Translations under genes and position numbers: made by a program | In this document: in pieces, positions 38,865 to 51,996 of the stretch | How positions within the stretch are numbered: the stretch's first letter is position 1 | How the letters are laid out: every line of letters begins with the position of its first letter | Notes under the pieces: generated by a model | The model's database searches: none | What the model was told of the DNA's origin: nothing | The model's input: only the letters and a program-made list of their open reading frames with translations | Source of the DNA: Leucoraja ocellata | Taxonomy: Eukaryota | Length of the DNA stretch: 64,000 nucleotides | Reading direction: 5' to 3' | Assembly: GCA_036785375.1 (NCBI GenBank) | Contig: JAWMAR010000053.1 | Span: forward strand, 6,386,001 to 6,450,000

Positions 38865-38905
38865 GGCTGGTTTTATCGTCACATGATCGCCAGAACCAAT
38901 GGTAA
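38865..38905 (-). promoter_or_regulatory. HoxD2 proximal promoter motifs (CCAAT box plus E-box-like TCATGTGAC)
   Basis: gtcacatga at about 38878-38886 and ccaat at about 38896-38900, 170-190 bp upstream of the ATG; same motif pair seen upstream of HoxD4. Confidence 0.5.
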
Positions 38906-39804
38906 GAGTGGAAAATAAGACCGGCTTTCTCAACGATTCTGAAATATAGTACATGAAGGTGTAGGTAAATTTCCTCTGCCTTTTATAGGTCATATCATGT
39001 CGGGGTGGGTATTGAGGAAGTGGTTTTATCAAGTAAGAAATGTAGGGACTACAAAATATTCTTCTCTTGGTGTGTGGCTGTTTCATGGAGCAGAAAGGAA
39101 CATTTGAGTCGAGTCCTGCCAGCAAATGTATGCAGTCGAGTAATAAACGACAAATCAATTAATCTTCCGAGCTCTGACAAAGATCGCAAGACTCTTCCTT
39201 ATAGAATAATGGACAGAAGCTGTGGTCAAAGCAGGACCCTGGACAGTTGGAGTTGGCAAAGGCAAAAAGGAGAATTACTTGCAGACACACTCTGGATTTT
39301 ACCATGAATATAAACTAGCATTGTAAACAGTTCTAGCTTTACTTTCATTTTCCCCTTTGGGCCATTAGAAATTGTTTTAATCGTGCAATTTGTTCGGTGT
39401 CTGCACAGCCTCAACAAGCACCATTCAATTTTCCCATCTGGAGCAGCGCACCATGTTTACAAACAACTTCCGTTCATTTGTTATTCGTTGCATTCATAAA
39501 CACCCACAAGCCATTTCTTTAAATCTTCCTGAAGTAATATCTCGGAGACCCTCTCTGAATACAGCTGTCGCGATTTACCAACTTTCCACATTTTGTAACA
39601 ATATTTGTAAATTATTTGCCACTTCATCCTCCAGGCTGCGCGTTATTCTGCAATACATTATTGGCGAATTAGTAAGCACAATATTTGTTATTTTTTCCCC
39701 CGCTCGCATTCACATAATATTTCATGCTCCAAAAATCGGTCGAAATGCACCATTACATTTCTGTGTGTTATTCCAGTGAATTCGTATCGGCTTTCGGGAA
39801 TAAG

Positions 39805-40120
39805 TGGAGTGAGTGGGTGACTTTACTCCCTTCTGCTAGAAAGACAACATTTGGCATTTTTTGACGTGTGGGTGGCTTAATAAGAAAACAAGGCTGAAGG
39901 ATCCCTTTCCAGCGTTGGCGTTAATGATGACCAACAGCCGCCGAGGAGCTGTTTATTGTGCATTACAATCTGCATTGTACCCACATCCAGCATTAGCTTT
40001 GTCATTAGACGTGTTATAATGAAATAAATTAAACGAGGTAAATTAAATTAAGAGAGGATTTAAAGTCCTGTACTGGCTTTATTGCAATATTCTACACAAG
40101 ATTGTTAGTTGCTGTCATTC
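39805..40120 (-). promoter_or_regulatory. Candidate Hox2-type rhombomere 3/5 and neural crest enhancer
   Basis: Krox20/Egr2-like sites CACCCACTC (39811-39819), CACCCACAC (39866-39874), TACCCACAT (39978-39986); BoxA/Sox-like ATGACAAAGCT (39995-40005); Meis TGACAG (40112-40117). Confidence 0.55.
40078..40083 (-). terminator. Probable HoxD3 polyadenylation signal (AATAAA)
   Basis: AATAAA on - strand in context TGTGTAGAATATTGCAATAAAG, about 1.7 kb past the HoxD3 stop. Confidence 0.45.
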
Positions 40121-41747
40121 CCCAAAGCGCTGGCGATTTCGAAGCTGGAAGGTAAACAGTTTATTTGCACCTTAAAATAGGGACATGCACTTTTTCACTG
40201 CCTGGGGGATATCTTTGTTGCTGAAGGGATTACAACGGCCCTGCTGAGCTTGTGAACAAGATGGCGGTGTATGGGTTGGGGTTGCGGGTGTGGACAGAGA
40301 CGGCAGTCAGCGGCCGGGAGCTCCCACGGCTCCCACGGCACTCGCTACCCAGCTCAGCACTGGGCCAACTAAACCGGGTAGCATCGGATGTAGCAGACAG
40401 CCACCGCCGCCTCCCTAACACAGTCACATTCTGCACATTAATTGTCTGGAAATGCGGGGTCCACTTGAATTGCAGTGAAATTAACTTTATCTTTAAATCT
40501 ATATCAATGGAAATATTTAATGTGGCACAAACGATTGATATTTAGGAAAAGTAAAACAAGGGATAATAGACAGTCTTCACCAATATATCATTAAGGATAT
40601 TATTTTTCGCTCTAGTTACATTCTACTGCTGTTTTGTCACATTTTTCTCCTCCTTTCTTCCATTATTTCTATGTCCACGTTGTATTTTCTGTGTCCGTCT
40701 CTTAATGTTTCTTTTGAATGCAGCAGCATTACATTTCTGAGTGAAACAAAAAGTCATATTTGCCCATGATGTCGCTTTTGAACATGATAGTCTCTTTTTT
40801 TTAAATCCCAAAAGCACAGGGGAAGCAGCACGGCACAAACAGCTCAGATCCCAACCTTTGACTGTAGTCCGCTTGTGGTGTGTGATTTGGAAGTACGGAG
40901 ACAAGATGGCGAGGTGGTGTAGTGCAATCATAAATGAGGGCTACATGTTTGTTCAAAGAACACCGTTTTATTCTAAATATCTGTTGAAATAGTACCAGAC
41001 AATTGAAATAAAGTATTCTTATAGAAATGTGTTGTCTATCCTGTAGTGTCACATTTTCTCTGATTTACTACAGTCATAACTCACAATTTGCTTTCAGAGA
41101 TAATCCTTACATAATCTACAAACACCAGCCACTGATACAACTGCTCAAGAAACTATCCTCTCATCTAGTTTTAACCCAGGTTTACTAAAGAGGAGAAATA
41201 TGATTGTAACAGACATGGATCAAACAGGTCAAAGTCAGATTGTATAAGCTCTATAAATTTCACATAAATACATTAAGTCAAGGATAAATAAGTGATAGAA
41301 AAATCTTTTTTTTTGATATTGACTTTAAATAATAAATACATATTGATGACGTTGAATGTAGTTTGTTCATTACTGAAAAGTACATAGCTGAAGTTCAGGG
41401 CAATAAGACCAGTTACAGACAAAATACCACCAAAGTGGACTGTATAGAATACCAGTCTTTAAAATTCACATTAAGAAGGGTTTGCTGAAGACTGACTTGG
41501 TATGTCTTACCTTCATAAGCACCTATTTCAAGCAATTGTTCCTCTATTTGCATTCTGTATTATGCTAGGATCTTATTGAAAGGGATGGCTGATGTGTAGA
41601 CCCTTAAATAAACACAGAAAAGCAAGGTGGTGGATAGAAAATGAATGATTGACAAATACTGTGGCAGTCTCATAGCAGGAGAATATCTGATACAAATGAG
41701 GTAATAAAAAAGCGAAGTACCATCGCTTGGCAGACCGTACTAGTCCG

Positions 41748-42496
41748 TTACAGATGCGTTAATTTGGGTGCTTCTTGAATTCTTCCCTGAGCTGTGTGAT
41801 GAGTAGTCAGATCCGTGTAGGTGGGATGAGGATCGCATGGTCCATGGTGGTGATTGCCTGCTATTTGAGCAGCGCAGTTATAGTCCACAGTGGCTGATGA
41901 AGGATGAGGAAGATGGCTAAGGTTGAACATTGGCCCAGAAGCTGGCATTGAATCAACAAAGTTTCCTCCTACATACACAGGGCTGCCTTGCAAATTATGG
42001 TTGGCAAAGCTACCATTGCCCTGTATAGTATGATGGTCATACTCTGCGCCTGGGTACCTTTTCTGCTGGGGTAAGCAGCTATTGAGAGGAGCTGTGTAAG
42101 CAGCCAAGCCATACATATTTTGCTGAGATTTGGTGAATGATGTTGGAGAATGAGTTTCATAATTTAAACTGTTGACAGTGGTGAGCTGGTTTGAGAATCC
42201 AATATTATTTGGAGCATTTAAAAGAGGACTTCTGTCTGGAGACTGTCCAATGGGTGAGTGCATGATCCCTTTGGCCTTTTGATCTTTTTTGTACTTCATT
42301 CTTCGGTTCTGGAACCAAATCTTTATCTGACGTTCAGTTAGATTTAATAAATTTGCCATTTCAACTCGGCGAGGGCGACACAAGTAACGATTAAAATGAA
42401 ACTCCTTTTCCAGTTCCACCAATTGTGCACTGGTGTAGGCGGTACGGACTCTCTTGGAAGCTGGACCCGGTGGGCTTTTATCCTCACAATTGTCTC
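41748..42496 (-). CDS. hoxd3: Homeobox protein Hox-D3, coding exon 2
   Basis: Acceptor cctgtag| at 42497; [74 protein letters not shown]; C-terminus [13 protein letters not shown]. Confidence 0.97.
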
Positions 42497-42656
42497 CTAC
42501 AGGATGAAAATATATTAATAACTCTACATAAATATACGTACATGCATTTTCCATTGAGAACTTTATTGGAATTATTTTGCACTGAATGATATATCCTTTA
42601 TCCTGTATCTGTACACAGTTTTCATTGACTGGGTAGCATGCAAGAAAAAACCTTTC

Positions 42657-42900
42657 CACTGTACCTCGTTACACCAACCAATAATAAATTAAACTAAACT
42701 AAAACAAAATAAAGCAAATTAAAGTAAACTAAACTAAGAACTCTGCAATATAGTTGCTCTAACTTGAAACTAATATGGTCAAGGGGAAAAAAAAACTGGG
42801 CTTGTACCTCGGTACAGGTAGCAATAATAAACTAAACTAAACTAAAGTAAATTAAATTATAAACTCTACAATACGGTTATTCCAACTTTAAACTAATATA
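42657..42900. repeat. Diverged tandem duplication (about 145-bp period) containing a retroposon tail, in the HoxD3 intron
   Basis: gtacctcg.taca...aataataaa(ctaaa)n...actct.caata..gtt..tc.aactt.aaactaatat occurs at about 42661 and 42804. Confidence 0.6.
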
Positions 42901-43277
42901 TTCAGAACAAAACTTGTCTTTTCTCCTCTAAACTACTCCACTTTGCCAGAGTAGACTATCTAGCAGTATAATAATGACCTCACATAATAAATATAGTAAT
43001 TTGCAACAGTCCTAGAGTATTCCATAAATGTGAATAACTTTGGACTATCTTGGGCCCAGTGCAGAGAGTGCATTCTGTAAATGCAAATTGTTTAACTTCA
43101 CTAATATTTGCACCAAATTCCAAATACAATTTTGGGAGATTCTACCAGTAATGTCTTGAAAATGTCAAAATATGACTTTTACAAGTATTAATCTTTATGA
43201 GAATAGCCACTTTAGAAAATACCATGAATATTGCTGAATAAGACTACCATATTGTTCAAGCTTGCATTTATTCTGTC

Positions 43278-43365
43278 TGAAAATAGACACCAAAAGCTGG
43301 AGTAACTCAGCCGGACAGGCAGCACCTCTGGAGAGAAGAAATGGTTTGATACCTTTCTTCAGATA
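43278..43365. mobile_element. Penelope-like fragment in HoxD3 intron
   Basis: atagacaccaaaagctggagtaactcagccggacaggcagcacctctggagaga matches the family at about 5995-6055. Confidence 0.6.
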
Positions 43366-44196
43366 ACTGGGGTTAACTAATTAATCCATTCCAAAGAAAA
43401 TAATATGTAGAGAAATGAAAGGCCCTTTTTATGGATAGTTTGGTTAGTAAAAGTTAGTTGCAATTGCAAGTATGATGTAATGATGCAATGACCAGTAGTC
43501 AAGATGTGTATTTTATTTTATTCTATATATCAAACAATATATAATTATTGTCATTTAAAGCACAGTGATACCAAATTAGGCTTCTCATTAGAATCTAATT
43601 AGGATAAGACGTATATTCTCCAGTGCAAGCATATATTTAACTCTGGCTAGGTCAAATGATTTCAACCTTCTGAATTTTCAGCCATTCTAAATCAGCGTAA
43701 ATATAAGATGTTAACATTTGTTCAAATTGATGGAGATATAAAACTAATAAAAGTCCCACCCTTTCATTTATATATTTTGTTAGAGGAATTATTTGAGCCA
43801 TTTCCAAGCATTACACAAAGTAGAATGTCACCATGCAATGTTTGACAACAAAACTGAAACATTTACATGTTCTTGTAAGTTCCTGCCAATCTACATTCTC
43901 AGTTAATTATATCAGCAAATGCTATTTATTCAACTGGATCTTAGTTTGAGTCCATCATTACTGAAATAAATAGATTATTAAATACAAAAAATATGCTCCA
44001 CGTTGATAAAAACGGGATGATTCTTTTACCCTTTTCAACAATTGCTTGCAACATGGAAGGAAAATGCTCTCACCTCCATGTGACATTTTTGGCAAGCTAC
44101 TCCCACCCAAGTGTGACATTCTTTGATAAACCTCCCCGTTTTTAAGAAGCTTCATGCAGATTAGAGCTGAGAAAAGCACAAACAGCTGAAAGATAC

Positions 44197-44680
44197 CTGC
44201 AACTGTGCAGTTGTTTTTCTGCTTGGTATTTTGACGAGATTCTTTCATCCATGGGAAGATTTGCTTGGTCAGGGTAGCAGGTGGACCGCTGGAAGAATTT
44301 GGAATGGACTTGGTTCTTTTCTGAGTCGCCGTGTTGCTTCCATTTGGCGAGGGTGGCAAAGGAGGAGGTTGTTGTGGCTCACTAATGCTTGGAAGTTGGG
44401 CAGTGCCTTGATTGCTACTTGTTCTCATACAACTGCCATTGATATCAGTGGACTTATGGGTTGGGGCTCTGGCACTGGATGTCTGAACTGGGCATGTTGA
44501 GTTCTGATAATCACCATCAACCGATGGTGGTGGGTAGGTTTGATGACCAGAGCTGTAGTTGTATGTATTTGATTTTTGGTAAGAGTAACCACTAAATATT
44601 CCAGAGTTGTCATAATAAGTTGTTTTTTGCATCTCGCTATTTTGAAATGACAGGGTCTTGACACCCTTATCGAATAGCAT
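44197..44680 (-). CDS. hoxd3: Homeobox protein Hox-D3, coding exon 1
   Basis: [27 protein letters not shown] (D3-type N-terminal extension), [13 protein letters not shown] hexapeptide; phase-1 donor G|GTATCT; exon acceptor catccag| at 44734 implies upstream non-coding exon(s); spliced CDS 1233 nt = 410 aa. Confidence 0.95.
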
Positions 44681-47248
44681 TGACACCTTTGATCACACGG
44701 CACGTTTACCACAATCGACAGAATGCAACGTTCCTGGATGGTGTGAAACAAAACATAATAAAAATGAAACATCAGAATCATGGTTTATTCATTGCATAAA
44801 CTAAAATAAAATATCTCATAAATAACATTTAGCATTACTGCCATTAACAGACTTGTTAATTTCCTCTCCTACAACTTTAAGAATTATTATTTCATGGGGC
44901 AATTAGTAAGTTGGCGAAATCCAAAGTACTTTATTTGACAATTTCACAGAAATCATCATAATTTTCTAATGGATTAAAGAGTTGGCGCTTTCCTGTGTTG
45001 GAAGCAGTTAGTTTCAATTTTGTATATAGCTCTTAGTGATAATTTACACCAGCCATATAAAATGCTTATAATTCAAATTATATATAAATTATTACTATTG
45101 CATTCCACTTCTTCAGCTATCAATTGTTATTATTTGAATTACACTGCATTATCCAATTACAACAATCCACCACAGACAAATTACCCTTTCATAAGGGTAG
45201 TTCATTTTCATTCATTTTCATTCATTTACCAAATAATATTATAAAGGAATGTTAAGAAAACTGATGAGCTCTGCCATCTGAAACGCATCACATCATGAAG
45301 AAACCAACCAAAAAACAAACGGTCTGCTATTTTCCTATTGAATATCCCCATAGTGAATGGAAGGCTAGATATGCCCCTGTCATGCTTGATATGACTGGAT
45401 TTCGGTAGGACACACAGTGCTATTCCAGTTGACTTCACTGATTGAGGCCATTTTTATAATGGTGAGAAACAAAAAGGCCCCTCTTAAAAAGAGCGAAAAA
45501 ACCACAGTCACAGGCGAGTTATTTGCCTGCAGCATTTGCTGTGGGTACAGACCGTTTTATTCTGTGGCCCGGACGCTGTAACGCACGACATGATGGATCG
45601 GACCAGTTCCAAAACCTGAAAAACCAGCGAAGTGTCCCCTCACCATTGTTGCCTTCTTTTTCTTCAACGTAAGAAAGGTTTGTTTTAAGCGATTTTTTTT
45701 CTTTCTGCTACACGTTTTGCTTTATGACAGGGATAGGCATTGTAGTTAAAGTATAACTAGCATCTATTCAAACTCTTTGTTCTAATTAAAACAGAGAAAC
45801 AACTAAGTCAGCATTTCACAATTGCACTCTGCTGTTTCCAGCATCTGTCTATGAAATAATATACTATTGGATAAACTTATACTAACATATAGAAAAATAG
45901 ATAAAAACATAAGCGCGCAAAACTGAAAGAGCACAATCAGCGAATGACTGACTGTATTTTATAACATTAAACATCATCTTTAAAGTCAACAGACGGTTTA
46001 TGATACTGGAACTGATTGCAGACAAAGAAGGTTAGACTTTTGAAACTGGCTAAATAAACAATATTACAGATAAAGAAACTGAAAGATCATAATTTATAAT
46101 GTTAATTTTAAATATATATTTATACATATACTTTCTCTCGATCCTAGTGCCAATGAAACAAACATTGTTTAGTTATTTGTAACGGCAGCAGTAAGCTAAT
46201 TATATTTAATTTATCGCAAATTCTTGGCAAAAGCCCTTTTGCACGAAATTAACCTAAGGTAGTAAGAAAACCTCCCAAAGGGCCGGTGAGTGAGTGAACT
46301 GGGCGGTGGGGGCGTGGGGGGCGTTCGGGGAGGTAATGGTGGAGTGTTGGGCGGTTGGTTGTTGTGGTCAGCAATAAAATCAAGCCCCTTAGATTGAGGC
46401 GAATGGCTAGTTCCCGGTTAGACCGCCGTAAGTTATGTATTAAATTAAAAAGTTATAGGTGTGATCAGAATTAGATCGTCACAAATCACATTAAAACAAA
46501 TCGCAGTGAAATGCATAAAGTTGAAACATAACACGATTATGAGTGATCTGGGATTTAAGTTTTGAATATAACACTTAGTCTATAAAACTATTTAAATAAA
46601 ACATTGTTGTATAAATCGTCACAAATATTGGACGTATGACTTATCTGGCTACTATATCACGTCACAAATAGATTTTCTATTCATTTGGAGAAAAAAAAGC
46701 CTTCAGCCATACAAGACCTGACATTATAATGAAATATGAGGTTTATGATCCGCGGCCTCCAATGTAGAAACTCGGCACACGTGCACACATCTATGCTGTT
46801 CTTTTTAAAAAAGCAATTCATTTTTCCCCTCTTTCCTGATCTGCGTTGCCCGTTTACATATACTTTATTGTATTCTGTTGCCCAGCTTTCCCGTGGTATC
46901 CATGCTCGCCATTTTAGCTTCATACATTTGGCATTAGATTTCTGCTCTTTGTTTGGCTTTTTAATCTGAAATCTAATTACATTTCTATTTGCCCCACCCC
47001 GTCTCCCCATCTAATCAGCGTTATGTGTGTGAGATAAGAAGGTAATACTGTTTACTCCCATGGGCTCTGAACCTTCGCCACCACAACCGGCAACGTTTGT
47101 AGTTCATTTGGAAGTGCTATCTTCAGAAAATCAAAACTAGCATTAATATAAAGGCAATGTGGGGCAGGGGAGGGGGATGGGGGTGGGGATGGGAGGGGGG
47201 GGGGCGGTGGTGAAGCTGCAAATCTGGCTCAGATATACCAACTGCTTG

Positions 47249-47265
47249 TGAACTCTGCTTGAACC
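47249..47265 (-). promoter_or_regulatory. DR5 retinoic acid response element upstream of HoxD3
   Basis: GGTTCA AGCAG AGTTCA on - strand; adjacent Pbx-Hox site TGATTTATGG at 47283-47292. Confidence 0.85.
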
Positions 47266-48153
47266 TAAATCGCAGCCATGGGCCATAAATCACTTGGACA
47301 ATGGTCAACTGTTTCTGCGTTCATCTTTCAGATCTTTCTTACCTTACATGTTTTCCAAATGCAAGGGTGCATCACCTAATACAAGGCTTTGATAAGCAAC
47401 CACCTTGGTATGGACCATCACTTTATTTCGCTGCATTCATAGATACATGGTCTACAATCGTGGAACCCGTGGCAGAAAATATAAAGTAGCAATTTATTAA
47501 ATCTGTCTTTTGTTGACATAAGTGTAAATTGTTAGTTAAGAAAACTGGAAAAGCGAAGGAGGGAATAGTGCTGTTCCAGTAACGGATGGAGGCCAATGAG
47601 CTACATTTCCATTCCCCATTGTCGAAAATCTCAAGTCCCATGTGGAGGGCGGTGTCACATTTAACTTTTGTGACTCGATACGCAAGAAAACATCAAAATC
47701 ACGCCATTTGTCACGTTTTTTTTTCCAATCTGTAGCCGATGTGCTCTAACCAACAATGTAATCGTTATGTGCTTACGATCGGGCATCTGATCAGCAGTTT
47801 TATCAACCAAACTACAAGCAAATACTAATTTCCCGTCTATTTCAACTTTAGTCGCTCTATTTATCAATAGAGCACAGAGTATCCTAAGAATGTCAAAGCT
47901 ATGTCATAAGGGTGGGCAATTTAATGTTATTAAGAAGGCAGAGTCCTCACAGTGCATATCAAAGCACCTGTCAATATGTGCTACGCAACATTTATGGCAG
48001 CGTGTTACATAGCCGTAAACTCTTCATTCCACAAGGGGGGGGGGGGGGGGGGGGGGGACTTTCCAAAGAGTTGGTATCTTCAGAAGTGTAAAGTAGATAG
48101 AGCGTAGGAGGAAAGACCAGAAAAAGAATGTCCATACTCCGCAAGTTTCTTAC

Positions 48154-48300
48154 CTACGAGGCGTTTCGCAAGTTCTTGCAGGATTTTATATAAGGCATTG
48201 AAAGTGCTCCAGGAATTTTAAATACGTTGTTGGTGACAAACTTTTCACATGTAGCAGAATCGCGTGGTTGGAGCTGGAGGATCTGAAACTTGTCTTTGAT
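48154..48300 (-). other. Candidate non-coding 5' exon of HoxD3 (only the 3' boundary is supported)
   Basis: Strong donor CGTAG|GTAAGA at 48154/48153; HoxD3 coding exon begins at a splice acceptor. Confidence 0.35.
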
Positions 48301-51300
48301 AAATGCAAGCTGGGAGCACATTTGAAATCAAATACTTGATTTCAGGTATGAAGTCAGAAAAAAAGGGGGAAATTGAAAACCAATTTGTTTTTGTTTTGTA
48401 ATACATAGTGACTAGCGGGCGCATTCAGTGTAAACTGTGTGGTGAGTTTAACCGTAGCTTTTATACAAATTACTTAATCGTTGGGATATGTTTTGTTAAA
48501 ATTCCTACGAAAATATGTATTGCCTTCAGCTATTACTCGCTGGAAGATGATTATTTTTGGAATGTAACGACATTGATTGTGTCTACATTCTGCGGGTCAT
48601 TTCTGACAAGGCATTCGGCTGGATAGGCAGGCAAATCTGCCCATATTTCAAGTTGAATCACGCAATCCCCAACAAATACGCGGTTAGTCCCTGAAGCGTC
48701 CACATTTAAAAACTTATATTTAAATTGAAATGATTTGCTTAGTCTACCCATGACACTGGTACAGCAACTTGGACAGTTAGAAAGATTACATTAAACAACC
48801 CTATAACCCGATTCCCCCTTCAACTTATCTTTATAACGTTTTCTTTCCTACGTTGTTTTTGTCGGTAAACACATCTACAATAGACTGCCAAGATTACATG
48901 AATCATGTGGCCCTTTTTTATCAAAACTACATCCTGGTCTGATTTTATGAGGCCACCGTGTAATTTCATTGAATTGTAAACTAGGTATGTCGGGTAACCA
49001 AGAATGACAAGAGATGTAAAAGCACAGAAGCTGATAAAAGCTACGCTGCAATTTTAATTTTAACGAGAAAGATTAAGCAACGGTGTTGCTATAGAACCGG
49101 ACCTATAGTAACGGGAGTGGGAGCGTGGGGGAGCAACATCACAGTTCGAACGAATCACTTTCCAAGACTTCATAAATCTCTCTACTAGATAGCTATTGCA
49201 GGCTTAACGGAACGGGCTCAGGTTTAAAGACTGACTACAAACATCGCTCATTCTGTGCATTAAGAATAGCAGTGAGGTGGTGAGCTAAACAAATGTTCAT
49301 TTTGCTCTTATTTTCAATCCATTAACTCAAGTGTGGGCCTACATGATCTACATTTTAAAAGTATCAATAGATGCAAGCCAACTTTGAGAATTAAGCATTA
49401 TGTTTCCTGTACAAGTAGAAACAGTTTCATAGCCGGGAACTGCTGAAGAGACCTACAAAGAGAATTCAGAGTTCGCGTCCCTGCCTGTTCAACGTGTTTC
49501 GTTGCCGTTTTATGTTTTTTTTTTTACTGGCCATGGCATAAAATTACGAATCACGAACTAGTTCTCCATTGGCAAATCTCAGTTACACACAGAACCCAAA
49601 GCAGGACCGATGCAGTGTTGTTCAAAGCGTAAAAAAGCAAAAATCGAACAACTCACCACACTCAATGTTTCTATCTGTTTTTCTTTGTATTGAATTTGGA
49701 ATTTGTCCTGATTGCCCACAGGCCGCTGGCTTTGTTCTGAAAGAAAATGTAATTACAGGTTTTTTTTTCAAATGCATTAATAATATTTTTGTATATCACA
49801 TATATTTCAGGCCACCTCCCCGGATACTATCAAAGAACACAACAATCAGCAGGTTGCGAAGACTTTAATAAAATGGATGTTTTATTAAGAAGACATTAAG
49901 AAGACATAAAACAATGTTTTTTGTGGGCTTTTGTAAAATAACGAATGCGTTTGATTGGCTTTTAAACGAAAGCAGAAATAAACTAAGCATCAGATTTTTT
50001 CCTTCAGAAATTATAAACAGAGTGTTATTGGTTGCAATGTTGTGATAAATGACCGCGAGTCACGTTTTCGATGATTTTGTTTTGAAAAGTCAAAGAACGA
50101 GTTTAGCGAGATCTGGTGACAGTAAATATTAGAATCCCATTTTTTTTTGAAGGCGGTGATATTTGACAAATACTGCTTCATAAGGATCTTAATACCACAA
50201 CCTATAATTTAAGACAAGCGGTGTCCCTAATTCAAATTGTTATTGCAGAATGGTAAATCTATGGATAGCATTGAGCATTTCAGATCCAACTGTCAATTAC
50301 AGAATCAGCATTGTGCCTGAAGGGTGAATGTGTACACTTTACGAGAACAAATCTATCTGTAGTGGCCCTTTAATAGAAGCTGGGCCTGAACAACGCACGG
50401 AATAAAAATCTCCAATTTGTATCGTGTGATCTTTCAGCTTCGTCTAACCTACACCGACCTGACGATATCAGCATGCCTCTGTTAGATATTTATTTCTATT
50501 CCTTCATGTTTAGCTATGTGTATTTACTGTGGAGGGGGCGGGGGGGGGGGGGGGGACTGCCGCTGTAGTCGAACATTTTAACATAAACGCACAAAACAAT
50601 ACAAATATGGAGGTTTGCAAGAAGGAGCCTGGCGCCATATATAAAACTCATGAATAATGTATCATATTGACAGACGGTTATGCTTTGTCATTGGGATACC
50701 AAACATCACGTACGTATTATTTTATATCGATTGGGCATATTCATAATACAGCCAAGAAACAGCTTGGTTATACAAAAAGTCACTAAAATGCATTAACAGT
50801 GCACTCCTGGAGCCTCCAAATAGACTCCAAATTCCAGTGAAAGAGGCAGAGAGAACATATGCCGAAGCTGAAGTCGTGCAAAAATTGTACCACTCAATTT
50901 TATATCAATTTAAAATGCATGCTTTAATCTAGAACTAAATTTAAGAAAAAAAACAGCAACTGTGGCAGATCAAATGCATAAAGAAATCCCAGTCATTAGC
51001 TGACAAAATGTAAGAGTCATAAGCCTTTGAAATGACCTTTGGCATGTACAGCAATAACTCACCGCTTAATGAACAACCAACGGAAGCGCCTCCACTAGCT
51101 CACAATACAGCCCATCACACAACTTCACCATGGTTTCTCTATCCCTCCTTAATCCTACTAAGACGCAGCACCTTACAAACTAGCCTCACCAACTTGTGTC
51201 GATATAATTTGAAGTTAGAAGAGGATCCAAATCACAGTCGCCAAGGCATTAGGTCCTGGGTCCAATGCCTCCCACCATAATGTGTGTAATGTATTCACGT

Positions 51301-51996
51301 GGCCACACGTCAATTTATAAGCTTTTATTTCTCTGTAATGACTGGAAGTAAGTATTTGCAGAGTAAACTCGCCACTTTACAAGGAACCAGTGAGCTGCTC
51401 AAACTTTAAACTATTGGTTACTTTCAGATGGTTTTGAGAAATGTGCTGGAGCGAGGTCTGTACGGTAAGTTTTTAATCATCTTGCTTACTAATTTGGCAG
51501 AAGTGCGAGCGAGCTGTACTATTACGGCCCTAGAACCTTAAAGGCAATCGAATCGTGTAAATGACGTTGGTGGAAAGAATACTAACAGAAAAGTTTTGAA
51601 AACTTTCTCTCACTTTACTAAATTGCCAGACTAGGTTTGCAGGGGGGATAAAAGTTGAAAATAGTGATGTGCTTATTAGTTGTACTGCTCACCAGAACAT
51701 AATGTAGCCGAGTGTAGTTCTAAATCCAAAGCAGTTACTGTACTGGGGCCTGAACAAGTTTTTGACTTTATTCAGAGATGAAAAGGTGAAGGGTAGACTA
51801 TCAGACAGACGTTGATATTTACCATGGCGAGAGCTGAGGAGAGGTTTATTGAAATTTTAGGTGAAGTTATAAGTGAGTGGCCCCATCGAGCAAAATGAAA
51901 TGCTACTCACAGTAATTGGATTTAGCTGACTAACATGGCAGTCCGGCAGCTTCCAGGCATGCAGCAATGAAAAATGTTCCAGTCAAAAGTTTTTTT

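Noticed and set aside
42657-42900. Short spaced repeats superficially like a CRISPR array
   Set aside because: Only two diverged units made of retroposon tail microsatellite in a eukaryotic intron; no cas genes
48029-48045. CTCF-like CCACAAGGGGG
   Set aside because: Match arises from the edge of a poly-G homopolymer and lacks the terminal C(G/A)C
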